Shown in pieces: positions 25,753 through 38,590 of a stretch of DNA of 64,000 nucleotides; the stretch's first letter is position 1, and every line of letters starts with the position of its first letter. The DNA is taken from the NCBI RefSeq assembly GCF_020745735.1, contig NC_083417.1, positions 75,702,001-75,766,000 of the forward strand. Direction: 5' to 3'. The DNA is from Hemiscyllium ocellatum (taxonomy: Eukaryota). The notes beneath the pieces were generated by a model. That model did no database searches. It was not told where the DNA came from and worked only from the letters and a program-made list of their open reading frames with translations. The translations under genes were made by a program, and so were the position numbers.

Positions 25753-26638
25753 AAACTAATCTACCAAACGTCAAGATGCATATTCAGCTGTCTCTGCATT
25801 GTATAGTCTATCATCCGTTGTCTGAATAACTGTTTAGCTCTGGTGTAGTTTTTCTGCTTTCTTTGTACCAAGTCAAAATGATTTTCCTCGGCTAAAAAGG
25901 AGATGCCGAGTATTAAAAGACAGAGATGATAGGTTGCTGTTGTAATGTGTATTGCTGGTTAAAGGGCAGCAGGTCAGGCATCATCCAAGGAACAGGAAAT
26001 TCATCAGGATTTAGGGAGATTGCAGAAGTTCGGGTTTTGATATGTTAGGGAAGGGGGGTTAGTGTACGTGAAAATGAAACTGGAACTGCTTCGTCTAAAG
26101 ACCGTATATGTCATCTAAAAGTGTATGTTTACAATATTCTCAGGGCAAAAAGGAGAGAAAACCCATAAAACTCTAAACACATTTTGTAGAAAAAACGAAT
26201 AATTTGCATAGAAAATGTGGACAGCAGACATTGAATGTTTTCTTGAATTGTAATCATGTATAATGATAAATAAAAACTGCGGTAAGGGTGTAAACCACCC
26301 AGCTCCAGCAACGAAACTGTTCTTGGATCCTGAACTCAGTGCACATTATTAATGACATGGTTCCAGTAGGATTCTAAAATAGAAAATGTTGGGACTTCTT
26401 TCCCTGGTTATGAAGAGGTCGAGAGGTTACCTGTTAAAAGCTTCTAAAATAATGAGGGGTACACATACGGTGAAGCGTCGTTGTATTTTCTCTAGAATGT
26501 GCGATTTCAAAACTAAGGGTGCACATTTTTAAGGTGAGAGGAAGAGAGATTTTAAAAAGGAATGAGGGGCAATGTTTTTACAACGAAATTGCTTTGCATG
26601 TGGAATGAACTTCCTGAGGAAGTGATGGATGTAACAAG

Positions 26639-26928
26639 TTAGATTATTTACAGTGTGGAAACAAGCCCTTCGGCCCAACAAGTCCACACCGACCCGCCAA
26701 AGCGCAACCCACCCATACCTCTACATGTACCCTTTACCTAACACTACGGACAATTTAACATGGCCCATTCACCTGACTCGCACATCTTTGTGACTGTGGG
26801 AGGAAACCGGAGCACCCGGAGGAAACCCACGCAGACACTGGGAGAACGTGCAAACTCCACACAGTCAGTCGACTGAGTCGGTCTCAGGCGCTGTGAGGCA
26901 GCAGTGCTAACCACTGTGCCACCGTGCC
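26639..26928 (-). mobile_element. Young HE1-type V-SINE lacking its B box
   Basis: Near-identical to the 44.3-44.6 kb copy, but the gaattgaacc segment is deleted. Confidence 0.9.
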
Positions 26929-26929
26929 G

Positions 26930-29013
26930 GGCATGAGAGGAGGGAAAAAGGCATTTTTGATTAGGGGTAGTGTTACACCTGCACTGAGGGAGGATATATC
27001 TGGGAATACATCTCGATATGTTATTTAGATGGAGTTGTCAAATAAGAAAGGGATGATCATCTTATTATGATTGCATTACAGATCTCCCAATAGTCAGTGG
27101 TAAATTGAGGAACAAATTTGTAAGGCGATTTAGTTATCTGTAAGATTAATAGGGTGGTTTATGGTAAGGTATAAGTTTCCAAAATAGATTGGGACTGCCA
27201 TAGTGTTATGGGTTTAGGTGGAGAATTTTTTTTAAGTGTGTTCAAAAACATGTTTTTATTCAATATGTGGATTTATCTTAGAGTGAAGGAGCAAAACCTG
27301 ATCTACTCTTGAGAAATAAGGCAGGGCAGGTAACTAAGGTAGGGAAGGACGTTGGGCCTAGCAACTACAATTCTATTAGTTTTGAAATAGTGATGGAAAA
27401 GGATGGAACATACCTAAAAGTTGAAGTTGATGCTGCCGATAAGAAAAAGAAGGACACGTACGTCAGGTATAGACAGCAGAGATCGAGTTAATCCTTCGAA
27501 GCATTTAAAGGCAGTAGAAGTATACCAAAGAGTGAAATGTGGGGGCGGGGGGTGGTCAATAAAGGGACACGACATAGCTTTGATAAATAAGTTTTAAGAA
27601 GAATCCAAACAGATTCTGTGAGTATATTAAGGCCAAAATGGTAACGAGGGAGAGAATAGGCCCCTCAAAAATCAGCAAGGCAATGTATGTGTGGAACTGT
27701 AGGAGATGGGGGAGATAATAAATTAGGACTTTGCACGAGTAGTTACTGTGAAAAAAGGCATGGAAGATACAGAATGTGTGGAAATAAGTGGTGACATCTT
27801 GAAAGATGTCCATACTACAGAAGAGGTGATGCTGGATGTCGTAAAATGTATAAAGATGGCTAAATCCCCAGGACCTGATCAAGCTTACGCTGGAACCCTG
27901 TGGCAAGCGAGGGAGGTGATTGCTGGGCCCTTTGCTGAGATATTAGTAACATGAAGAGTCACAGGAAGACTGTGAGGTTGGCTAATGTGGTGCCAGTATT
28001 TCATAAGGATGGGAAAGAAAAGCCAGGAAACCACAGACCATTGAGAATGACATTGATGGTGGGCAATTGTTGGAGGGAATCTTGAGCTCCAGTATTTACA
28101 TGTATATTGAAAGCAAGGATTGATTAGGAATAGTCAACATGGCTTTGTGCATGGGAAATCATGTCTCACTGAGTTGATTGAATTTTTTGAAGAAATAACG
28201 AAGAGGATTAGTGAGGGCAGAGTGAAAGATGTGATCTATATGCACTTCAGGAAGGCGTTCAACAAGGGTGTTCATAGTACACTGGTTAGTAATGTTAGAT
28301 TACAACCATTTGGATACATAACTGGCTCGAGATAGAAGAGAGAGGGTGTTGGTGGAGTCGTTGCTTTTCAGCATGGAGGCCTGTGATCTGTGGTGAACCA
28401 CATGGATCGGTGCTGATCAATTGCTTTTCATCATTTATGTAAATGATTTGGATGTGAACACAGGAGGTATAGTTGGTAAGTTCACAAATGACACCAAAAT
28501 TGACAGGGAAAAGGAGGAAAACGAGATCTTGATGAGATGGGGTAATTGGTCAAAGACTAGCAAATGCTATCTAATTTAGAGAAACGGGAGGCTCTGTATT
28601 TTGAAAAGGCAAATCAGTACAGGACTTATACACTTAATGGGAAGGTCCTGGGGAGGGTTGCTGAAAAAGAGACCTTGGACTGCAGGTTCCTATTCCCCTG
28701 ACAGTGGAGTCACAGTTAGATGGAATAATGAAGAAGGTGTGCTTCCCTTTATTGATCAGAACATTGAGGTTAGGAGTTGGAATGTCACGTTGCAGTTCTA
28801 CAGAACACTGGTTAGGCCACTTTTGGAATAGTGTATGCAATTCTGGTCTCCTTCCTATCTGAAGAATGTTGTGAAACTTGAAAGGATTCAGAAAGATTGA
28901 CAAAGACAATGCTGAATAGGCTGGATCTGTTTTCCTGGAACATCAGAGGGTGAGTGGTGACCTGATAGAGGTTTATTAAACCATGAGGAGTAAGGATAGG
29001 GCAGATAGACAAG
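26930..29013 (+). mobile_element. Decayed CR1 (endonuclease-RT), left part
   Basis: SQHGFVHGKSCLTELIEFF and YRTLVRPLLE motifs. It continues after the PLE at 32557-32885. A separate CR1 3' fragment lies at about 26395-26635. Confidence 0.88.
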
Positions 29014-32000
29014 ATTCCAAAAACGTTCATGTACTTACCCCCACACTCTGAGTTCCTCACCTGTTGCAGAATCTTCTATCGGCCTCCGAAATCGCTGGGG
29101 CGCCATTAACCACGCGGCCGCTACAGCGCCTGTGGCAGCAACCGCCGCCACGAACCATGATGTCACTTCCTCCCCCACCGACCTCGCAGCCTCCGCGATC
29201 GCCGCCCAGAGGACTACGTTCAGACCAACCAAATTTGGACACAACCAGTACAACCAGCACCTACAACAAATCCGAAGCCTCCAGCAACAGACCTCTCTCC
29301 AGATCCTCCGCTCCATACTTGCAGCCATGCGCCACAACCTACATTCTCTGCAATTATCCCAAACCCAGCTCAGGACAACAATCTCACAGACTTGCAAAGG
29401 ACCTCTACTGTTCTTCATCCACAGAAGAATCCATAAACTAAACAAGCAGTTCTTTCTAGCCAAATCGGAAAGACAGTAAATACCAAAAACTTCCATGTAT
29501 TAACCCCACACTCTGTGTTCCTCAACTGTTCCAGAATCTTCCGTCAGCCTCCGAAATCCCTCGGGCGCCATTAACCACGCGGCCACTGCAGGGCCTGCGG
29601 CAGCAACCGCCACTGCGAACCACGGCATCACTTGCGCCCACCGACCTTGCAGCCTCCGTGATCGCCGTCCAGACAACCGCCTCCACGATCGCCAGGAAGA
29701 CCATCGCCGATAGATTCGCAGACTCGGTGGGGTCTACAACCACCGGGAACAACACCGTTTCTGCCGTCGCCACAGCCACCTCCACCCCAGTGACATCATT
29801 AACCTGCACAACCATGCATCTCCGTCCCCCGGCCGTACTCCGTCAATACACCTAAACCTGTACCCACGCCAATCTCCATCAGCACGCCTAACACTGCCCC
29901 CACGCCAATATCCTTCACCACGCCTAACCCCGTCCCCACGCCGATCTCCGTCAGCATGCCTAACACCGCCCCACCCCGATCTCCGCCCGCACGCTAACCC
30001 AGCCCCCACTCTCAGCTCCAGCCCCACGCCAGGTCCCAGGTCCTAGCTCCGAGCACCCAGCCCTGCCGTGTTTCCACCATCCCTCCAGACCACCCCCTTT
30101 CTGAGGATGAAAGATCAGTCCTCAGCAGAGGCCTCACCTTTATTCCGCTATGTTCTCGGATTAATGAGTTCAACATGTGGCGTGACATCGAACAATTCTT
30201 CCGCCGCCTTTGCCTCCGCGCCAAATTCTTCAACCAGGATTCTCACCAACCCTCTGACGAACCCTTCTTCCGACTCCAACACACCCCATCCACCTGGACA
30301 CACCGTGCTGGCCTCTTACTCGCCCTCGATCTCTTCATAGCCAACTGTCACTGTGACATTAACCACGTCAACCGGTCCACACCTCTAACCCACTCCAACC
30401 ACTCACCCTCAGAACGTGCAGCCCTCCACTCCCTTTGCTCCAACCACAAACTCGATATCAAACCTGCAGACAAGGGAGGCGCAGTAGCAGTTTGACGCAC
30501 CAACCTTTACACCGCTGAGGCCAAATGCCAACTCGCGGACACCTCCTCCTTCTGCCCCCCTTGACCATGACCACACCTCCCACCATCAAACCATCATCTC
30601 CCAGATCATCCATAACCTCATCACCTCAGGTGATCTCCCATCCACCGCCTCCAACCTCAGAGTGCCACAAACCTGCACCGCCCGTTTCTACCTCCTGCCC
30701 AAAATCCACAAACCTGACTGCCCTTGCCGACCCATTGTCTCAGCCTGCGCCTGCCCAACCGAACTCATCTCTGCGTACCTCGACGCGTAAATGTCCCCCT
30801 TAGTCGAAGAACTCCCCACCTACGTTCGGGTCACCACCCATGCCCTCCACCCCCTCCATGATTTTTGCTTCCCTGGTACCCAACGGCTTTTCTTCATCAT
30901 GAACATCCAGTCCCTGTACACCTCCATCCCCCATCACAAACGAATCAAAGCACTCCGCTTCTTCCTTTCCCGCCGTACCAACCAGTACACTTCCACTGAC
31001 ACCCTGCTTCGACTGACTGAACTGGTCCTCACCCTGAACAACTTCTCTTTCCAATTCTCCCACTTCCTCCGAACCAAAGGAGTAGCCATGGACACCTGCA
31101 TGGGCCCCAGCATTGCCTGCTTCTTTGTAGCATTTGTGGAACAGTCCATTTTGGCACCACACCCCACCTTTTCCTCCGCTACATTAATGACTGTATTGGC
31201 TCTGCCTCGTGCTCCCACAAAGAGGTTGAACAATTCATCCACTTTCCCAACACTTTCCACCCCGACTCCAAATTTACCTGGACCGTCTCAGACTCCTCCC
31301 TCCCCTACATAGACCTTTGAATTTCTATCTCTTCGACCGCATCAACACGGACATTTATTATAAACTGACCGACTCCTACAGCTACCTAGACTACACCTCC
31401 TCCCACCACGCCCCCTGTAAAAACGCCATCCCATATTCCCAATTCCTTCGTCTCCACCACATCTGTTCACAGGTGGACCAGATCCAATACCGTACAACCA
31501 AGATGGCCTCCTTCTTCAAAGACTGCAATTTCCCCCACCGCATCACCTCCACATCCCGATCCTCCACCCTTGAGCCCATCCCTCCAATCGTCACCTGGAC
31601 AGAACCCCATTGGTCCTCACACACCACCCCACCAACCTCCATATTCATTTTGCATCCGCCACGTCCAAACAGACCCCACCACCAGAAATATATTTCCCTC
31701 CCCTCCCCTATCAGCGCTCCGAAACGACCACTCTCTCCGTGACTCCCTCGTCAGATCCACAACCCCCACCAACCCAACCTCCAATCCCGGCACCTTCCCC
31801 TGCAGCCACAAGAAATGCAAAACTTGCACCCACACCTCCCCCTTTCTTCCCTCCAAGGCCCCAAGGGATCCTTCCATATTCACCACAAATTCACTTGCAC
31901 ATCCACACACATTATTTACTGCATCCACTGCATTCAAGATGGCCTCCTCTACATTTGGGAGACAGGCCGTCTACTTGCAGTACGTTTCAGAGAACACCTC

Positions 32001-32556
32001 TGGAACACCCGGTCCAACCAACCCAACCACCCCGTGGCTCAACACTTCAACTCCCCCTTCCACCCCACCAATGACATGAAGGTCCTTGGACTCCTCCATC
32101 GCCAAACCATAGCAACACGACTGCTGGAGGAAAAGCGCCTAATCTTCCGCCTAGGAATCCTCGAACCACAAGGGATGAACTCAGATTTCACCAGTTTCCT
32201 CATTGGCACTCCCCCCACCTTGTCTAAGTCTAATCCCTCGAGCTCAGTCTAACCCCTCGAACGCAGCTTTCCTAAACTGCAGTCTTCTTCCTGACCTCTC
32301 TGCCCCCACCCCCACTCTGGCCTATCACCCTCACCTTGACCTCCTTCCACCTCTCGCATTTCCAACGCCCCTCCGCCAAGTCCCTCCTCCCTATCTTTTA
32401 TCTTAGCCTGCTGGACTCACTTTCCTCGTTCCTGAAGAAGGGCTCATGCCCGAAACGTCGACTCTCCTGCTCCTTGGATGCTGCCTGACCTGCTGCGCTT
32501 TTCCAGCAACACAATCCAGCTCTGATCTCCAGCATCTGCAGTCCTCACTTTCTCCT
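29014..32556 (+). mobile_element. Penelope-like element (RT plus GIY-YIG endonuclease plus 3' pseudo-LTR with hammerhead), frameshifted and 5'-truncated, inserted into a CR1
   Basis: IKPADKGGAV, DIQSLYTSIPH-like, GVAM-GPSIAC and FTCTSTHIIYCIHC...RFREHL...PVAQHF motifs. Hammerhead core CUGAAGA-A-GGGC(UCAU)GCCC-GAAAC-GUC at 32432-32459. TSD agatagacaag (29003-13) / agattgacaag (32557-67). Confidence 0.92.
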
Positions 32557-32885
32557 AGATTGACAAGGCATTTTATCTGGCTTGGGGCACTCCTGAACTA
32601 GAGTCCAAAGGTTGAGGGTGAGAGCAGAAAAATTGACAATGGACAAAAGTACTATTTTTTTCGAACAACGGGTGGGGCATGTATGGAATAAGCTGTCAAA
32701 GGAAGTGGAGGAGGTTCGTATAGTTACAATATTTAACAGGCATCTGTATGGGACGATGTATTGGAAAGGTTTAGAGGGATATGGGCCAAGTGCTGGCAAA
32801 TGGGATGATATTAAGTTAGGATGTGTGGTCGGCATGGACAGGTTGGACCGAAAGATCTGCTTCCATTAGGTGCATCACTATGGAT
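32557..32885 (+). mobile_element. CR1 3' end (right part of the CR1 split by the PLE)
   Basis: The sequence resumes exactly where the left CR1 stops and contains the FEQRVGHVWNKL motif. Confidence 0.85.
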
Positions 32886-33099
32886 CTAATAGCGAATATC
32901 CCCACTCCTGAATTTAGTATAAAGGGAATTAACTAATAAAGCAATTGAAGATAATTAGGTATCGACACCATCCCATAGAACACATGAACAAACATTTTGG
33001 TTTTGTTATGTTTAGCCTCCGATAATCACAATCATTATATCATGCTAAGATTTGACATTGTTTTGGAGTTACGCAATCATACAGATCCAACTCGTCCAC

Positions 33100-34580
33100 G
33101 CTGACAGGAAATCCTAAATAAATCTGGTCCCAATTTTCAGTACTTGGCCCATATCCCTCCAAACACTTTCTACTCATAGAAATATAGAAAATAGGTGCAG
33201 CAGGAGGCAATTCAGCCCTTTGAGCTTCCACCACCATTCAAGGTGATCATGACTGATCATGCAATCTCAGTATCCCGTTCCCACTTTCTCCACGCACCTT
33301 TTGATCCCTTTTCTCACAAGGACCATGCCCAGCTCCCACTTGAAAGATCTAACGGACTGACCCTAACAGCTTTCTTTTGCAGAGATTTCCACAGATTCAG
33401 AACTGTCTGAGTGAAAACCTTCTTCCTCATCTCAGTACTAAATAGCTTAGCCCTTATTCTTAGACCGTTATCCCTTGTTCTGGACATGAGCACCATTGGC
33501 AACTTTCTTCCCACTTCTAGCCTGTCCAGTCCCAGCAGAATTTTAAATGTCTCTGTGAGATCCACTTCATTCTTCTAAATTCCAGTGATTCCAAGCCCAG
33601 TCGATGCAGGCTTTCCTCATACGTCAGTGCTACCATCCCGGGTATCAGTCTGTTGAACATTTATTGGATTCCCTCAATGGTATGAATGTCCTTCTTCAGA
33701 CGAGGAGGCCTAAGCTGTGCACAGTACTCAAGGTGTGGCCTTACCAAGGCCCTGAATAACTGTAACAAGACATTCTGACACCGATACTCAAATCCCCTCA
33801 CTATGAAGGCCAGCATGCCATTAGCTTTCCATACTACCTGCTGCACTTGTATGCCAACCTTCAGCACCTGTTCCACCATGACACCACGGTCCCGTGGAAC
33901 CTCATCTTTTCCTATACTGCCAACGTTCCGATAATATTCTGCCTTCCTGGTTTGAGACTAAAATGGATAACCTAACATTTATCCACATTATATTGCATTT
34001 GGCAAGTACTTGTCCGCTTAGCCAGTATGTCCAAGTCACACTGCAACCCCTTTGCATCCTCCTCACAGCACGCATGGCCACCCAGCTTTGTGTCATCAAC
34101 AAATGTGGATATACCCATCAGGATGCCTTTTAAATGTTGCAATTGTTCCAACCTCTACCACTTTCCCTGACAGCTCAGTCCATATACGCACCACCCTCTG
34201 TCTGAAACATTGGCCCTTAGGTTCCTTATAAATCTTTCCCCTCGAAGCTTAAACCTTTGCCCTCTAGTTTTGAATTCTCTCACTCCAGAGAAAAGACCTT
34301 GATTATTTACCCTATCCATGCCCCTCATGATTTTATAAATCTCTGCAAGGTCACCCTATGCTTCTTACACTCTAAGGAAATTAGACCCAGTTTATTCAGC
34401 CTTTCCCTATCCCTCAAGCCATCAAACTCTGGCAACATCATTCTAAATCTTTTCTGAACCCTTCCAAGTTTCACAACATCCTTCCCAAAGCAGGCAGACC
34501 CAGAATTGCATGCCGTCTTTCAATACTGGCCTAACTAATGTCCTGTTCAGCCACAACATGACCCTCCAACTTCTAAACTC
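33100..34580 (-). mobile_element. Cluster of CR1 3' fragments
   Basis: LFRALVRPHLEYCAQ and DLTETFKILLGLD motifs, with several distinct 3' tails. Confidence 0.88.
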
Positions 34581-35099
34581 ATTTCAAGGTGACTTTTCTC
34601 TAGATATTCATTGATTTTTCTTCCAGGGATCCTTGATGCCATATGTTGTCAAGTACTGCGTATTGCAGGGAAGTCACTTGCACCTCACCTCATGAGGTTA
34701 AAGGTTTTGTGCGTTTTTTGGAGTCTATGTGAAGTGATTGAGCATGATTTAAAGCGGCCTGAACCATCAGTCAATGAATAAAATCTGGGCACATGCCGCT
34801 TGTGAGCACATCACAAAATACTTTGTGTCAGTTAACTGATGACCAAAAATAATACCGGTGTGCACATGTGCGTATGTGCATGTGCTCGTGCATGAGACAG
34901 AGAGAGACAGACAGAGACAGAGAGAAAATGAGAGAGAGAAAGTGATACAGAGACAAGGTGAAGGAGAGAGTGTCTATATTGTAGTTGTACTAGATCATGC
35001 AGCCTTCCCCAGTTGTTGGAGATGGGAAAATCTGTGACTTGGTCTCTTCTGATTAATTGTTCAATTTGTCATCACAAGAAAGTGATGCATCACTAAAAA

Positions 35100-36225
35100 G
35101 GTTGGATTTTATCTGATATCTCTGTTCGTTCTTTTGAGATCCTTGAGGGGGAGTGGGAGCAGACCCAAGTCTTGGCCCACATTGGCACCAATGACATAGG
35201 TAGGAAAAAATGTGGGGTTCTAAGGCAGAAATTCAGGGAGCTAGGTTGGAAGTTTAAAGTCAGAAGAAACAGAGTTATCACCAGTTTGTTGCCCGTGCCA
35301 TGTGTTAGTGAAGTGAGGAACAGGGAGAGAGCGAAACTGAACACATGGCTGCAGGGATGGTTCCGGAGGGGGGGGGGGGTTATGGATTTTTGAATAATTG
35401 GAGCTATTTCTGGGATGGGTGGGACCTCTACAAATACAGTAGTCTTCACCTGAACCAGCTGGGTGCAATAACCAATGTCCTAGGGGAGAGATTTTCTAAT
35501 GCTCTTCGGGATGGTTATAACCTAGTTCAGCAGGGAGATGGGAACCTGAATTGCAGTGCTAGTGTACAGGATATTGAGGTTCGTGATGTCAGGGGAAGGT
35601 TTACAATGTCACATTAGGGCATCGGCAATTAGGATGTTAGTTTGAAATGTGCGTACTTCAATGTCAGGAGCATCCTGAGTAAGTTGGGTGAATTTGCAGC
35701 ATGGGTTGGTAACTGGGATTTTGCCATTGTGACCATTTGAGAGACATGGCAAGAGAAGGGACAGGAATGGTTGGGATTCAGATGTTTCAGTCAGAACAGA
35801 GATGATGGTAAAAGAAGGGGTGGTGGGTATGGCATTTTTAATCAAAGGTTGTATTACAGCAGCTGAGATGACGTTTGAGGTCTCATCCACTGAAGTAGTT
35901 TGGGCTGAAGTTAGAAACAGGGAAGGATAGATCACCCTGTTGGGAGTTCAAGTACTTATGATTGGTCAGCTTTTGTTCAATGTGCGCAGGAGGGTTTTCT
36001 GATACCTTATGTGGACAGGCCAATAAGGGGCAATGTCATATGGGATGTAGTACTGGGGAATGAAGAAGGCTTGTGGGAGGCTGAGGCGTGAAGGTTCAGT
36101 TTGGGGGTTTGAGAGTTATAAGTTAGCCAGAAAAGATCTACAGAGAGGGCTAAGAAGAGCCAAGAAGGGTCTTGAAAAGTTGTTGGCAGATAGGCTCAAG
36201 GAAAAGCTGAAGATCTTCTATAGGT
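35100..36225 (+). mobile_element. CR1 5' portion (esterase ORF1 and endonuclease start)
   Basis: AHIGTNDIGRKK and LHLNQLG motifs, homologous to 12.5-13.4 kb. Confidence 0.85.
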
Positions 36226-36759
36226 AAAATAGGAATCACAGTTCGATCACAATTGCAATGCACACAGGCATAAAGCTGCAGTTTCAAACTTGGAGCATTC
36301 ATGACATACATTGACAACATAAATGAACACAAGATTTTTGTTCAAATTAATACATCTTTTCACAAATTAATGCACAAATTAATGCAAGTATATTCCACAA
36401 GATCTTTGGACATGTGAGCAAAAGATGTTTGCATAAATGAACGCAAAATTAGCACACGACTGATTTTTGCACAAATTTAATGAAAATAAAACAAGCACAT
36501 GAAGTCAGCAAGCTTAATGAATGTAAGATTTAGTGATATGATGATAAATACATTAAACAATTGAACACCTGCATTACAATTTAATACAAGACTCTTATAA
36601 AAATGAACATAAATTTAACACAAAATTGAACAGAAGCATATGATAGAACTGAAAAGAAGAAGATTATCAAACAAACGTGCTTCATTCCTAGCATCATATC
36701 AAGAGATATTACAAGGTTGTTCCACTTTTTCATCAACAGGTCATCCCTAAGTGCTGGGA

Positions 36760-37605
36760 ATCCTGATCAGGTGGGCCAATGGGCTGAGACGTGGCAGATG
36801 GAGTTTAATTTAGGTAAATGTGAGGTTCTGCATTTTGGTAAAGCAAATCATAGCAGGACTTATACACCTAATGGTAAGGGCCTAGGGAGTGTTGCTGAAC
36901 AAAACTACCTTGGAGTGCAGGTTCATAGCTCCTTGAAAGTGGAGTAGTGGGTCGATAGGATAGTGAAGACGGCATTTGGATTGCTTCCCTTCATTGGTCA
37001 GACTATTGAGTACAGTAGTTGGGAGGTCATGTCACGGCTATACAGGACATTGTTTAGGCCACTTTTGGAGAATTGCGTGCAATTCTGGTCTCCTTCCAAT
37101 AGGAAAGATGTTGTGAAACTAGAAAGGGTTCAGAAAAGATTGACAAGGATGTTGTCAAAGTTGGACGATTTGAGCTACAGGGAGAGGTTGGATAGGCTAG
37201 GGCTGTTTTCCCAGGCCGGAAACTGAGGAGTGACCTTATAAGGTTTATAAAATCATGATGTGCATAGATTGGATAGTAGACAAAGTCTTTTCCCTGGGGT
37301 AGCAGAGTCCAGAACTAGCGGGCATAGGTTTAGTGTGAGAGGGGAAAGATATAAAAGAGACCTAAGTAGAAACTTTTTCAGACAGAAGGTGGTACGTGTA
37401 TGGAATGAGCTGCCAGAAGCAATGGTGGAGGCTAGTACAATTGCAACATTTAAAAGGCATCTGGATGGGTATATGAATAGGAGGGGTTTGGAGGGATATG
37501 AGCCAGGTGCTGGCAGGTGGGACAAGATTGGGTTGTGATATCGGGTTGGCATGGACAGGTTGGACCAAAGGGTCTATTTCGTGCCTACATTTCTGTGACT
37601 CAATG
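36760..37605 (+). mobile_element. CR1 3' fragment
   Basis: WQMEFNLGKCEVLHFG, LYRTLFRPLLENCVQFWSP and [14 protein letters not shown] motifs. Confidence 0.92.
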
Positions 37606-37756
37606 ACTCAAAGTAGCTGTTTGATACAAATTGTGTTAAAGACGTTTAAACTCAGGTGGTTTCAGTTACTGCACACACACCACCAATAGCAATCTCCCTA
37701 TGCTGGACTCTGCAAATATTATTCCTCCACACTCAGCCAATCCTGCATGATCCCAC

Positions 37757-37887
37757 NNNNNNNNNNNNNNNNNNNNNNNNNNNNNNNNNNNNNNNNNNNN
37801 NNNNNNNNNNNNNNNNNNNNNNNNNNNNNNNNNNNNNNNNNNNNNNNNNNNNNNNNNNNNNNNNNNNNNNNNNNNNNNNNNNNNNNN
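37757..37887. other. Assembly gap (131 N)
   Basis: Run of n. Confidence 1.
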
Positions 37888-37919
37888 GGTATCTTTTCTA
37901 AGTTTGTTCATAACGTGTC

Positions 37920-38590
37920 GTGAATTGGCTGAAGAATTGTACCTTTGATGGGGAACTCTGGAGGTGGCTGAGATTAATCATCCAGTCACTTCTGTTCGAA
38001 CGTTGTTGTAAAAGGGGTTGGTCGTGTTGAAGACGTGTGGACGCTGTAGAAGGACTAGGACAGGCTTGGACAGTGGACAATGCAATAGCAGATGGAATAC
38101 AATGTGGGAAAGTGTGAGGTTGTTCACTTTGGCAAGAAGAATAGCGGCTTAGATTACTTTACAAACGGGTAAAGATTTTGGAAATCTGAGGCATAAAGGG
38201 CCTTGGAAGTTCTCATTCAAGGTTCTCTTAACCTTGTAAGTTCAGGCAGTTAGAAGATAAATGCAATGTTAACACTCATTTCAAAAAGCTTGAATACAAG
38301 AGCAGAGATGTGTGCTATCGCTGCTTAAGGCTTTGGTCAGAGTGCATAGGGGATATTGTGAGCAGTTTTGGGCTGCATATCTAAGGGAGGTTTATCTGGT
38401 ATTTGAGGGACTCCAGTAGAGGATTACAAGAATGATGCTTGCTATATGAGGAGCAGTTGAGGACTCTGTGTCTGTAAACAATGGAGTTTAAAATAATGAG
38501 TGAGGATCTAATTGAAATTGACAGTCCACTGTGATGCCTGGATAGAGTGAACATGGAGAAGATGTTTCCATGAGTAGGATTTGCTACATT
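37920..38590 (+). mobile_element. Old CR1 RT fragment
   Basis: gcagatggaatacaatgtgggaaagtgtgaggttgttcactttgg (QMEYNVGKCEVVHFG). Confidence 0.75.

Noticed and set aside
29035-32406. Many overlapping ORFs suggesting a compact viral or novel gene cluster
   Set aside because: All are frameshifted pieces, or GC-skew-driven antisense frames, of one Penelope-like element.
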